Position numbers and translations under genes: made by a program
Notes under the pieces: model-generated
Told to the model about the DNA's origin: nothing
Seen by the model: the letters and a program-made list of their open reading frames with translations, nothing else
Database searches by the model: none
In this document: positions 42,150-51,601 of the stretch, one piece after another
How positions within the stretch are numbered: position 1 is the first letter of the stretch
Layout of the letters: each line of letters begins with the position of its first letter
NCBI GenBank assembly: GCA_963662315.1
Contig: OY759353.1
Coordinates: forward strand, 4,032,001 to 4,096,000
Reading direction: 5' to 3'
Source of the DNA: Geopsychrobacteraceae bacterium
GTDB taxonomy: Bacteria > Desulfobacterota > Desulfuromonadia > Desulfuromonadales > Geopsychrobacteraceae
DNA: 64,000 nucleotides

Positions 42150-42170
42150 GTCATTAAAATGATATGTCAA
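42142..42170 (-). promoter_or_regulatory. sigma70 promoter of HTH-PTS paralogue 1
   Basis: Minus strand TTGACA (42170-42165), 17 bp, GATAAT (42147-42142). Confidence 0.6.
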
Positions 42171-42278
42171 TTATCTTGGCTCTGATTGCCTCCATCGTCA
42201 TTTCATAAGCACCTGACATAACGACCAGATCGTTTGTAAGCTCGATCTTTTTGAGCGCTTTTCAACGGTAATTTCATA

Positions 42279-42323
42279 TTGACAATTATCTTCTCTCGGC
42301 AGTAATGTCCAAAAATGTCCAAA
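42279..42323 (+). promoter_or_regulatory. sigma70 promoter of the ehr operon overlapped by tandem AATGTCCAAA repeats
   Basis: TTGACA (42279), 18 bp, TAATGT; AATGTCCAAA twice at 42304-42323. Confidence 0.55.
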
Positions 42324-42354
42324 GGAAAAGAAAATTGCCCTTAGTGAGTGATAA

Positions 42355-43035
42355 ATGAACCTTTCTGTCAAAGATGCTGCTCAACTTCTGTCTGTTTCAG
42401 AAAAGACCATTTACCGGTGGCTTAAGCAGGGAAACCTGCCAACACTGAAAATTCAGGGCAGTTATCGTTTTAACCGGGCGGAACTGCTGGAATGGGCCAC
42501 GTCCCGTAGGCTGGGCGTTGCTGCCGATGCGTTCAGTGAGCCTGAGTCAGAGGCTCAGACGCTGCCGACTTTATCCGATGCTCTTGAGGCCGGAGGCATC
42601 TTTTACCGGATTGCCGGGAAAAACCGGGATGCGGTTCTGGCTGATGCCGTCAGTCACCTGCGTTTGCCGGAAGAGATCGATCGTCAGTACCTGAAACAGG
42701 CGCTGCTGGTTCGTGAGCAACTGGCCTCGACAGCGATCGGCGATGGCATTGCCATTCCTCACCCGCGCAGCCCCGGTCTGCTGAACATTACCCGGCCGAC
42801 AGTGACCCTGTGCTTTCTAGAGCAGCCGATTCCTTATCAGGCTCTGGACGGGGTCCCGGTCAACATTTTACTGATGATTATGTCTCCTAACCTGCGCGCT
42901 CATCTGCATTTGCTGTCGTGTCTCGGGTTTGTGCTGCAGCAATCCGAATTTCTGGCCGTGTTGCAGGCCGAGGAGAGTCGTGAAAATATTTTTTCTGCCC
43001 TGGCCACAGCCGAGGCAAAGCTTAATCCCCGTTAG
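42355..43035 (+). CDS. Excisionase-type HTH (HTH_17) fused to PTS EIIA domain, paralogue 2
   Basis: SVKDAAQLLSVSEKTIYRW; REQLASTAIGDGIAIPHPR; first gene of the ehr operon. Confidence 0.88.
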   Translation: MNLSVKDAAQLLSVSEKTIYRWLKQGNLPTLKIQGSYRFNRAELLEWATSRRLGVAADAFSEPESEAQTLPTLSDALEAGGIFYRIAGKNRDAVLADAVSHLRLPEEIDRQYLKQALLVREQLASTAIGDGIAIPHPRSPGLLNITRPTVTLCFLEQPIPYQALDGVPVNILLMIMSPNLRAHLHLLSCLGFVLQQSEFLAVLQAEESRENIFSALATAEAKLNPR

Positions 43036-43071
43036 TGGGGCGCTACCCCCGTTGGAGATTGATCGGTATTT

Positions 43072-45069
43072 ATGAACCTCTTTTGTTTGGCACTTCTGAT
43101 TCTGCTGGGTGGCAGCCTGTTGTCATTACTGTTGTATAAAAGCCGGTTGGTATCGGTCGTTGGCATTCTCACGGTCGCGCTGGCCGCACTGCTGGCCTTA
43201 TGGGTAGCGTTGCCGGTTCTGGTGAGGGGCGCGTCCCTTGCTTATATGCAGCCCTGGCTGGTGCCGGGGGGAGCATTTGCTCTGCAGCTTGATCCGTTGG
43301 CGGCCTTTTTTGTAGTGCCGATTGCTTTGTTATCATTGTTTTGCGCCCTCTATGCCGGCCCCTACATGGGACACGGGGAGACTGGCGGCGCCCGGCCAGT
43401 GCTGGGTGGGCACTGGTTTTTATTCAATATCATGGTTGCTGCGATGCTTCTGGTGGTGACGGCGGCCAATGCGGTCCTGTTTCTTGCAGCCTGGGAAATC
43501 ATGACCATATCATCCTTTTTCCTGGTCACTTGGGAACATCAACACAACGAAGTACGCAAAGCCGGCTGGCTTTACCTGTTGGCTGCTCACATCGGCATGG
43601 TGCTGTTGCTGGCCCTGTTCTTGCTGGCCGGAAGTTACAGCGGCGGGTTCAATTTCAGTGACTTCAGCAGTTTGACGCTGTTGCGTCCGGTTCCGGCTAC
43701 GGTGTTGTTTCTGCTGGCCCTGTTCGGTTTCGGGGTAAAGGCTGGCTTGTTTCCCATTCATGTCTGGTTGCCTGATGCTCACCCGGTTGCCCCCAGCCAT
43801 GTCTCGGCGCTGATGTCCGGGGTGCTGATTAAAACAGGCATTTACGGAATCCTCAGGGTTGTCGGCTGGTTGCCTGCGGCTCCTGCATGGTGGGGGTGGT
43901 TGGTCTGCCTGCTTGGTGCGGCAGGGGCTCTGTATGGCATCTCCCTGGCGACCCAGCAACGTGACATTAAACGCTGCCTGGCTTATTCAACGGTTGAAAA
44001 TGTTGGAATAATCTTCCTCGGGCTGGGTTTTGGTATGGCATTAAAAGCCCAGGGGCATGATCTGATCGCCCTGGTTGCTTTTGCTGGTGCGCTGCTGCAC
44101 TTGTGGAACCACGCTCTGTTTAAAGGGGTGATGTTCCTGGGCGCAGGCGCCCTGATGCACGCAACTGGGACGCGCGATATGAACCTGATGGGCGGGTTGC
44201 TGCGGCGCATGCCGTTGGCCGGGATGTTGTGGGTTGGCGGCAGCCTGGCGATTTCCGCTCTGCCGCCGCTCAACGGTTTGGTCAGTGAATGGTTGATTTA
44301 TTCCAGCCTGCTGACGGCCGGCACTCTGCATAGTGGTATGGCGGCTCTGGTTCCGTTACTGCTGTTTGGGTTGCTGGGGTTGGTCGGGGCTCTTGCGGTG
44401 GTCACCTTCACCCGCCTGATCGGAATCTGCTTGTTGGGTGAAGCGCGTGATCCGCGCAGTGCCAGGGCTCACGAAGCGGCTCCGTTGATGTTGCTCGCCA
44501 TGGGCGTGTTACTGTGTGGCTGTCTGATGATCGGTTTATACCCGCAGGGGGCGTTGTCCTTGCTTGCTTGGCCTCTGGCTGTATTGACCGGGCAGCCGGT
44601 CAGTCATCAGCCGGAAATACTTGTTGCCCCCCTTGGACCATGGGCACTGCTGTTATTGGTTATACTGATACTGTTAGCGGTGGGACTGGCCTGGTTGCGT
44701 CGCAGGCGGCCACTGGTCAGAGGATATACCTGGGGGTGCGGATTTCGTTTTTTGTCACCACGTATCTCCTATACGGGGGAAAGTTATTCGGAGATGACTT
44801 TTCGCTATCTGCTGCCACAGCTACTGCGACCAGTGGTTAGCGGGGGGAAGGTGGCTGAGGTTTTTCCGCAGCCGACCCAATTGGACCAGCAGTCGACCGA
44901 CCCGCTTCTGGTGCGGGCTCTGCAACCGCTGTTTTTGTCGCTTGCCTGGCGTTGCCAGCATTTACGCTGGCTCCAGCAAGGGCGTTTGCAGGTTTACCTG
45001 TGCTACATTTTCATTGCCAGCGCGATACTGATGGCCTGGAGTTTTTGGGCCGGCAGCCACGGAGGATGA
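43072..45069 (+). CDS. ehrA: Ehr/hydrogenase-4-like proton-translocating membrane subunit (HyfB/NuoL/MrpA family), copy 1
   Basis: WE.M, K.G..P.H.WLP.AH..APSHVSALMSG, DIKR.LAYST.EN.G, NHA.FK, LPP.NG..SEW. Confidence 0.85.
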   Translation: MNLFCLALLILLGGSLLSLLLYKSRLVSVVGILTVALAALLALWVALPVLVRGASLAYMQPWLVPGGAFALQLDPLAAFFVVPIALLSLFCALYAGPYMGHGETGGARPVLGGHWFLFNIMVAAMLLVVTAANAVLFLAAWEIMTISSFFLVTWEHQHNEVRKAGWLYLLAAHIGMVLLLALFLLAGSYSGGFNFSDFSSLTLLRPVPATVLFLLALFGFGVKAGLFPIHVWLPDAHPVAPSHVSALMSGVLIKTGIYGILRVVGWLPAAPAWWGWLVCLLGAAGALYGISLATQQRDIKRCLAYSTVENVGIIFLGLGFGMALKAQGHDLIALVAFAGALLHLWNHALFKGVMFLGAGALMHATGTRDMNLMGGLLRRMPLAGMLWVGGSLAISALPPLNGLVSEWLIYSSLLTAGTLHSGMAALVPLLLFGLLGLVGALAVVTFTRLIGICLLGEARDPRSARAHEAAPLMLLAMGVLLCGCLMIGLYPQGALSLLAWPLAVLTGQPVSHQPEILVAPLGPWALLLLVILILLAVGLAWLRRRRPLVRGYTWGCGFRFLSPRISYTGESYSEMTFRYLLPQLLRPVVSGGKVAEVFPQPTQLDQQSTDPLLVRALQPLFLSLAWRCQHLRWLQQGRLQVYLCYIFIASAILMAWSFWAGSHGG

Positions 45070-45073
45070 TGAG

Positions 45074-47038
45074 ATGATCTGGCTTGTCGCAGGAATGATA
45101 TTGATCTCCTGTGCCGGCGTTCCGGGGCTATTTTGGCGGCGCCAGAGCAGCGGTGCAGAGCAGCTGGCCTGTTGCCTGACCCTGGCGGGGTGCGGTTGCG
45201 GCCTGATGGCCATCATTGACGTCTTCCTCTACCAGGCCAGTGCGGACCTTTCCTGGGGGTGGTCGCTCCCCGGTGGGGTGTTTGCTGTGCAACTTGATGC
45301 CATCAGCACTCTGTTTTTACTCCCCTTGTTTCTGGTCGTCGCCTGCGGCTCGGTTTATGGTCTGCGCTATTGGCCTCAGCAAGATAACCCGGCCAGCGGA
45401 TCCATCCTGCGGCTGTTTTACGGACTAATCAGTGCGGCTATGATCCTGCTGCTGACGTCACGGAACAGCATCCTGTTTCTGATGGCCTGGGAAGTGATGG
45501 CGCTATCCGGTTTCTTCCTCATCACCACGGAGGATCATAAGGAAGAGGTCCGCCGGGCCGGATTTATTTATCTGATCGCGACGCATAGCGGGACTCTGGC
45601 TCTGTTTGCCATGTTTGCATTGGTGGGGCACGCGTCAGGTTCCCTCGATTTTCCGTTGACCGGGGCGCTGTCTCTGACGGGGAGCAGTCTGGTTTTTTTA
45701 CTCGGGTTATTCGGTTTCGGTATGAAAGCCGGTCTGATGCCGTTGCATATCTGGTTGCCCGGTGCTCATGCGGCCGCACCCAGTCACGCCTCGGCGCTGC
45801 TTTCGGGAGTGATGATAAAAACCGGTATATACGGGTTGGTCAGGCTCACCTCTTTTTACAGTGAGATTCCGGCCTGGTGGGGGTGGACGATCCTGGCGCT
45901 GGGAGTGATCTCGGGCATCATGGGAGTGGCCCTGGCGTTGGCGCAGCATGATATCAAACGTCTGCTGGCTTATCACAGTGTCGAGAATATCGGCATTATC
46001 GCTTTGGGTCTCGGTCTGGCCCTGCTGGGGCGCTGTTATCAGTTGCCGGGTCTGACCGCGTTGGGGATTGCCGGTTGCCTGTTGCATGTTGTCAATCACG
46101 GACTGTTCAAAGCTCTGCTGTTTTTGAGTGCCGGTTCGGTGATTCACGCGGTGGGCACGCGTGACATCGACCACTATGGCGGTCTGTTGAAACGTCAGCC
46201 ATGGACCGGAGCCCTGTTTCTGGGCGCTGCCGTGGCGATCAGCGGTTTACCGCCATTCAATGGTTTTGTCAGTGAATGGCTGATTTATCTGGGCTCCTTT
46301 GAGACACTGCCCCCTGCTCCAGACGTGGTCACCCTGGCGACCCTGACCGCTCCAGCGCTGGCTCTGATCGGTGGTTTGGCTCTGGCATGTTTTGTCAAAG
46401 TGTTTGGTATCACGTTTCTGGGGGAAGCACGCTCTCAGGCGGCCTTTGCTGCTCACGAGGCTCCTCCCGCCATGTTGGGTCCAATGGCATTGTTGCTGGT
46501 TGCCTGCGGCTGGATCGGTTTGTTGCCGGGTACCCTGGTGCCATTGCTTAGTGCCGCAGTAAACAGCTGGTACGTCAGTGCCAATCTGGCGCTTCATAAA
46601 GAGGTGTTCAATACCCTTGGCTGGATTAGTCTGTTGGCCTGGGTGCTGGTCGTGATGCTTGTTGTTGTGATGTTGCTGCTGCATGAACGCAGTAAGAAAG
46701 GTGTGCGAAGTATGGGCACCTGGGGGTGTGGATACCGGTTTCCGGCACCACGCATGCAGTACACGGCGAGCTCTTTTGCCGATAGCCTGGTGCGCCTGTT
46801 TCAGTTTGGACTCGGTCGTGAACGGCATGGCGCAAAGGTCTCTGAGCTGTTTCCGCGTACCGCCAACTTTGCCAGTCATACCCCCGACCTGGTTCTTGAC
46901 CGTTTGCTGGTCCCGTTTTGTTACCACTGTGGACGGCTGTTTCGCCGCTTGCGGGCCATGGTTCAGAACGGGGTGATTGCCATGTATCTGCTTTATGTTG
47001 GGTTGGCAGTTGTTGTGTTGCTGACTCTTACTATTTGA
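45074..47038 (+). CDS. ehrA: Ehr/hydrogenase-4-like proton-translocating membrane subunit (HyfB family), copy 2
   Basis: Same antiporter-like motifs; paralogue of the preceding gene. Confidence 0.85.
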   Translation: MIWLVAGMILISCAGVPGLFWRRQSSGAEQLACCLTLAGCGCGLMAIIDVFLYQASADLSWGWSLPGGVFAVQLDAISTLFLLPLFLVVACGSVYGLRYWPQQDNPASGSILRLFYGLISAAMILLLTSRNSILFLMAWEVMALSGFFLITTEDHKEEVRRAGFIYLIATHSGTLALFAMFALVGHASGSLDFPLTGALSLTGSSLVFLLGLFGFGMKAGLMPLHIWLPGAHAAAPSHASALLSGVMIKTGIYGLVRLTSFYSEIPAWWGWTILALGVISGIMGVALALAQHDIKRLLAYHSVENIGIIALGLGLALLGRCYQLPGLTALGIAGCLLHVVNHGLFKALLFLSAGSVIHAVGTRDIDHYGGLLKRQPWTGALFLGAAVAISGLPPFNGFVSEWLIYLGSFETLPPAPDVVTLATLTAPALALIGGLALACFVKVFGITFLGEARSQAAFAAHEAPPAMLGPMALLLVACGWIGLLPGTLVPLLSAAVNSWYVSANLALHKEVFNTLGWISLLAWVLVVMLVVVMLLLHERSKKGVRSMGTWGCGYRFPAPRMQYTASSFADSLVRLFQFGLGRERHGAKVSELFPRTANFASHTPDLVLDRLLVPFCYHCGRLFRRLRAMVQNGVIAMYLLYVGLAVVVLLTLTI

Positions 47039-47052
47039 AAGGGGAACTCCTC

Positions 47053-47967
47053 ATGATCGGCAGGCTTGTTCTGCATGTGGCATTATTACTGGTGTTTGCC
47101 CCGCTGATGCTGGGAGTGATCACGAAAACCAAGGCCTGGTTTGGTGGGCGGGCTGGGGCGCCGCTACTGCAGACCTATTATGATCTGGCCCGGTTGTGGC
47201 GCAAAGGATTTGTCTTCAGCACGACGACGACCTGGATCTTCCTGGCCGGCCCCGTGGTTGGTCTGGTGATTCCGGTGCTGGCGGCATTACTGCTCCCTTT
47301 CGGTGGTTTGCCGGCTCCACTGTCCTTTAACGGCGATCTGATCCTGTTTGTTTACCTGTTCGGGCTGGCGCGCTTTTTTACCGCCGCTGCAGCTTTAGAT
47401 ACCGGTTCCAGTTTTGAAGGGATGGGGGCTGCCCGTGAAGTGACCTTCTCCTGTCTGGCCGAGCCGACAATGCTGTTTGCCTTGTTGGTGCTGGCGCGTC
47501 TGGCTGACGGCCTGTCTCTTAATGCGCTGTTCGGATCGCATCTGCTCGCCGCCTGGCGTGATGGAGCCGGGGCCTCCCTGGGGTTGATTCTGGTTTGCCT
47601 GTTTGTGGTCCTGCTGGTGGAAAACTCGCGCATACCCTTTGATGATCCAACCACCCACCTGGAATTGACCATGATTCATGAGGTCATGGTTCTTGATCAC
47701 AGTGGTCCGGCTTTCGGTATGATTCTCTATGGCGCCAGCCTCAAGTTAATGGTCCTGAGTTCCCTGCTGGTGAGTCTGGCGCTCCCCTGGCGCTTCGGCT
47801 GGTGGCTGAGCGATGCGCTGATGTTTCTGGCCGGGTTGCTGTGTGTTGCCGTGCTGATTGGCGTGGTCGAATCAACCATGGCGCGCTTGCGCTTGCCACG
47901 CGTGCCACAGGTGCTGATCGGGACATCGCTGCTGTCTATTTTTGCCCTGGTACTGGTATTGCGCTGA
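47053..47967 (+). CDS. ehrB: Ehr membrane subunit, HyfC/HycD/NuoH family
   Basis: R.G....Q.YYDL.RL..K, DTGSSFEGMGAARE, ENSRIPFDDP.THLELTMIHE. Confidence 0.88.
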   Translation: MIGRLVLHVALLLVFAPLMLGVITKTKAWFGGRAGAPLLQTYYDLARLWRKGFVFSTTTTWIFLAGPVVGLVIPVLAALLLPFGGLPAPLSFNGDLILFVYLFGLARFFTAAAALDTGSSFEGMGAAREVTFSCLAEPTMLFALLVLARLADGLSLNALFGSHLLAAWRDGAGASLGLILVCLFVVLLVENSRIPFDDPTTHLELTMIHEVMVLDHSGPAFGMILYGASLKLMVLSSLLVSLALPWRFGWWLSDALMFLAGLLCVAVLIGVVESTMARLRLPRVPQVLIGTSLLSIFALVLVLR

Positions 47968-48004
47968 TGAATTGGCAGGTTTTTATGGTGCAGGAGAAAG
48001 AGTC

Positions 48005-48643
48005 ATGACGGAATGGACAAATCCACTGCTACTGGCAGTGATTCTTATCAATTTTTTCACCCTGGGCAGTGCTCGGCTCGGAGCCTGTATCCGGGTTGTT
48101 GCCTTTCAGGGGGCGTTACTGGCCTTGTTGCCACTGACGACCCACGGGTTTTCCCTGCATTCTATCATTCTGGCCGTGGGGACTTTTACCTTCAAGGGGG
48201 TATTTATCCCCTGGCTGCTGTTCCGGGCCATTCGTGAAGTGAAAATCCGCCGTGAACTGGAACCGCTCATCGGCTTTGTTCCCACGCTGATTTTGGGCGC
48301 TCTGACGACAGCAGGTGCCTTCCTGTTTGCCGATCTGCTGCCCCTGATTCCCGAGCATCATGGTGGCCTGTATGTTCCTACGGCGCTGGCAACCATGTTC
48401 GCCGGTTTTCTGCTGCTAATTTCACGACACAAAGCGATCACTCAGGTGCTTGGTTACCTGATGCTGGAAAACGGTATCTTCATTATCGGGGTGCTGCTCA
48501 GCGAAGCTCTGCCATTGATGGTTGAGGCCGGGGTACTGCTTGATCTGCTGGTGGGTATCTTTGTTATGGGGATCGTTATGAATACCATCAGTCGTGAATT
48601 TTCAACGATTAATACTGAACGCCTTTCAGCGCTGAAGGAATAA
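48005..48643 (+). CDS. ehrC: Ehr membrane subunit, HyfE family
   Basis: K...IP..L, Q..GYL.LENGI, P..VE.G.LLD. Confidence 0.85.
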   Translation: MTEWTNPLLLAVILINFFTLGSARLGACIRVVAFQGALLALLPLTTHGFSLHSIILAVGTFTFKGVFIPWLLFRAIREVKIRRELEPLIGFVPTLILGALTTAGAFLFADLLPLIPEHHGGLYVPTALATMFAGFLLLISRHKAITQVLGYLMLENGIFIIGVLLSEALPLMVEAGVLLDLLVGIFVMGIVMNTISREFSTINTERLSALKE

Positions 48644-48647
48644 GGAT

Positions 48648-50072
48648 ATGGTCGCTGTTCTAATTGCAATTCCCTTGATAGCTGCCGTGGTCAGCTTCCT
48701 GGTCCCCTGGTACCAGGTGCGCTCCTGGCTATTGATAGCAGCCAGCGCACCGCACCTGCTGCTGTCGTTGTTGCTCGGCTTGGGTTACCTGCCTGCCAGT
48801 GGTGAGTGGCTTGGTCTCGACGCGTTATCGAGTCTGGTGCTGGTGGTGACCAGTCTGCTGTTTTTTGGCTGTGCACTCTATGCCGTCGGTTATCTGGATC
48901 TGCGCCGGGACTGGGGAAATAAAGTCATGGTTTCCTGTCTGCTGGTGTTCCTCAGTGCGATGACCCTGGCGGTTGCCGCCCGGCATCTGGGTCTGTTGTG
49001 GATTGCAGTTGAAACAACAACCATCGCCAGTGCTCCATTGATTTATTTCAATCGTAACCGGCTTTCAATTGAGGCGACCTGGAAATACCTGCTGATCTGT
49101 TCGGTCGGCATCGCCCTGGCGATGCTTGGCATTATGTTTACCGCCTATGCGGCGTTGGGGCGTGACGTGACCGTCAGTCTTCAGTTTGATCATCTGCTGC
49201 GCCAGGCACATTTGCTGAGTAAGCCGTGGCTGCATAGCGGTTTTGTGTTTATGCTGGTCGGTTTTGGTACCAAGATGGGGCTTGCGCCGCTGCACACCTG
49301 GAAGCCCGATGCCTATGGTGAGGCTCCGGGATTGGTTGGTGCGCTGCTTGCGGGTGGCCTGACCAGTGTCGCTTTTCTGGCTATTTTGCGTGGTGTGCAA
49401 TTGATGACTGCCGCCGGTGACGGAGCCATGGCTCGCCAGGAATTGCTTGGTATCGGCATTCTGTCACTCTTGGTTGCGGCGGTCTTTATGGTTGGACAAC
49501 CTGATATCAAGCGGCTGCTGGCTTATTCTTCCGTGGAACATATGGGGATTTTGGCCATCGGTGTTGGGATCGGCGGACTGGCGACATTCGGCGCCATGCT
49601 GCACCTGATCAACAACGCCCTGACCAAGGGAGGACTGTTTCTCGCCGCAGGTAACATTCAGCGTGCTTATGCCAGTAAAAACCTGATGCAGGTGCGCGGT
49701 GCCATGCGCACGCTGCCGGTTTCCGGAACCTTGTTTCTGGCCGGTTTTCTGGCTATCACCGGCTCTCCACCGTTTGGACCTTTTATGAGCGAGTTTACTA
49801 TCCTTCGTGGTATTTTTGCTGATGAGCGGCTGGTTATCGGTTTGCTGGTGCTGTTTTTCCTGGCGACCATATTTATCGGTATGGGGAGCACGGTGTTGAC
49901 GGCAACCCAGGGCGCTGCTTCCGAACAGATCCCTGCGTACCGTGATCGTCCGTTACTGGTTATTTCGCCCCTGTGCTTCATGCTGATGATTCTGGTCCTC
50001 GGTGTCTATATTCCAGAGCGGTTGCAGGAAATCCTGCATCAAGCAGCCGCATTGCTGGAGGTGCAGCCATGA
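48648..50072 (+). CDS. ehrD: Ehr membrane subunit, HyfF/NuoM/N family
   Basis: W...E.TT, S.EA.WKY, GFGTK.GLAP.HTW.PDA, KRLLAYSSVEHMG. Confidence 0.88.
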   Translation: MVAVLIAIPLIAAVVSFLVPWYQVRSWLLIAASAPHLLLSLLLGLGYLPASGEWLGLDALSSLVLVVTSLLFFGCALYAVGYLDLRRDWGNKVMVSCLLVFLSAMTLAVAARHLGLLWIAVETTTIASAPLIYFNRNRLSIEATWKYLLICSVGIALAMLGIMFTAYAALGRDVTVSLQFDHLLRQAHLLSKPWLHSGFVFMLVGFGTKMGLAPLHTWKPDAYGEAPGLVGALLAGGLTSVAFLAILRGVQLMTAAGDGAMARQELLGIGILSLLVAAVFMVGQPDIKRLLAYSSVEHMGILAIGVGIGGLATFGAMLHLINNALTKGGLFLAAGNIQRAYASKNLMQVRGAMRTLPVSGTLFLAGFLAITGSPPFGPFMSEFTILRGIFADERLVIGLLVLFFLATIFIGMGSTVLTATQGAASEQIPAYRDRPLLVISPLCFMLMILVLGVYIPERLQEILHQAAALLEVQP

Positions 50073-51589
50073 GCCCGGTTGCTATTCTCAATTATCAGAA
50101 CCAGGCAACGCTCCCCCTGGCGCAATTACCCTATTGTGATTGGGCCGATTTCCGGAGCACTCTGCTTGCAGAGGTTGCCGCGCAAGCTCGGGTGGTCAGC
50201 TATTTCGGTCAACCGGCCACAGATGGCCTCGATCTCTATGCGGTCCTGGCGCGCGATATTCCCGGTGAGCTGGTCGTATTGCGGACCCGTGTCGGCGCGA
50301 GTTTTCAGGCCCTGACACCAGAGTGTCCGCAAGTGCACCTGTTCGAGCGCGAGCTTGCCGAACAATTTAATGTGCGTCCTGAAAATCACCCATGGCTTAA
50401 ACCGGTACGTTTTCATCAGAGCTGGATTGATGGCACCGATATCTGGGGGCGTAATCGGGCTCAGCACCCGGTTCCGGGTGATATGGATTTCTACCGGGTC
50501 GAAGGGGAAGAGGTCCATGAGGTTGCTGTTGGTCCAGTGCATGCGGGGGTGATCGAACCGGGACATTTTCGCTTTCAGTGCCATGGCGAACAGGTCCTGC
50601 ACCTGGAAATCTCCCTCGGTTACCAGCATCGTGGCATTGAGCAGCTCCTTGCCGGTGGGCCCCATCCCACCAGCATTTATCAGCTGGAAACCGTCGCCGG
50701 AGACACCACCATCGGCCATACCACAGCTTACAGTCAGCTTATCGAAAGCCTGTCCAGAGTCCAATTGTCACCACGGGCGCAGGCTATCCGTGGTATAGCG
50801 CTGGAGCTGGAGCGTCTGGCTAATCATGTGGGTGATATCGGGGCCATTGCCGGTGATGTTGGTTTTCTGCCGACCTCCGCTTTTTGTGGTCGCCTGCGCG
50901 GTGATTATCTGAACCTGATGGCCGAAATCTGCGGCAGCCGTTTCGGGCGCGGGCTGGTACGCCCCGGTGGTGTGCATTTTGACCTGGAACCGCAGCGGGT
51001 GGAAACGCTTGTGCAGCGCCTTAAGGTGCTGTCTGCTGAAACCCGCGGTGCCATTGAATTGTGTTTTGACAGCCCGTCGGTATTGGCCCGTCTGGAAGGG
51101 ACCGGTCAGGTGAGCAGTGCCGATGCTGTGGCTCTGGGCCTGGTTGGTGTTGCCGCCCGGGCCTGCGGACTGATTCGTGACAGCCGCAGACACTTTCCCG
51201 GTGTGAACGGGGATCGGTCATTTACCAATCCGGTGGTGGAAAGTGATGGCGATGTCTACGCTCGCGGCAATGTGCGGCGTCGTGAGATTTATGCCTCGCA
51301 TCGCATGCTCGATGCAGCACTCATGGCGTTACCGGATGGGGCGCTCAGTCATAATCCGGGACCACTGGTTCCTGAGACTCTGGCAGTTTCCATCTGTGAG
51401 GGGTGGCGGGGGGAAGTTGTGCATGTCGGGATCACGGATGAGCACGGGCGTCTGGCTCGCTACAAAATCGTCGACCCGTCATTTCATAACTGGAGCGGCT
51501 TGGCGATGGCATTGCGAGGTGAGCAGATTTCCGATTTTCCTCTGTGTAACAAGAGCTTTAACCTGTCCTACTGTGGATTCGATTTATAG
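50069..51589 (+). CDS. ehrL: Ehr large subunit (HycE/NuoCD-like) lacking NiFe-binding cysteines
   Basis: FERE, VGPVHAGVIEPGHFRF, HRG.E, ELERLANH, EGWRGE, DPSF.NW; L1/L2 CxxC motifs replaced by ETVAGDT and SFNLSYCG. Confidence 0.88.
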   Translation: MSPVAILNYQNQATLPLAQLPYCDWADFRSTLLAEVAAQARVVSYFGQPATDGLDLYAVLARDIPGELVVLRTRVGASFQALTPECPQVHLFERELAEQFNVRPENHPWLKPVRFHQSWIDGTDIWGRNRAQHPVPGDMDFYRVEGEEVHEVAVGPVHAGVIEPGHFRFQCHGEQVLHLEISLGYQHRGIEQLLAGGPHPTSIYQLETVAGDTTIGHTTAYSQLIESLSRVQLSPRAQAIRGIALELERLANHVGDIGAIAGDVGFLPTSAFCGRLRGDYLNLMAEICGSRFGRGLVRPGGVHFDLEPQRVETLVQRLKVLSAETRGAIELCFDSPSVLARLEGTGQVSSADAVALGLVGVAARACGLIRDSRRHFPGVNGDRSFTNPVVESDGDVYARGNVRRREIYASHRMLDAALMALPDGALSHNPGPLVPETLAVSICEGWRGEVVHVGITDEHGRLARYKIVDPSFHNWSGLAMALRGEQISDFPLCNKSFNLSYCGFDL

Positions 51590-51601
51590 GGAGTAGCCAC
51601 C

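Noticed and set aside
41352..43035. Excisionase-like HTH as evidence of a prophage or integrative element
   Set aside because: The HTHs are fused to PTS EIIA domains; no integrase, att-like repeats or phage genes.
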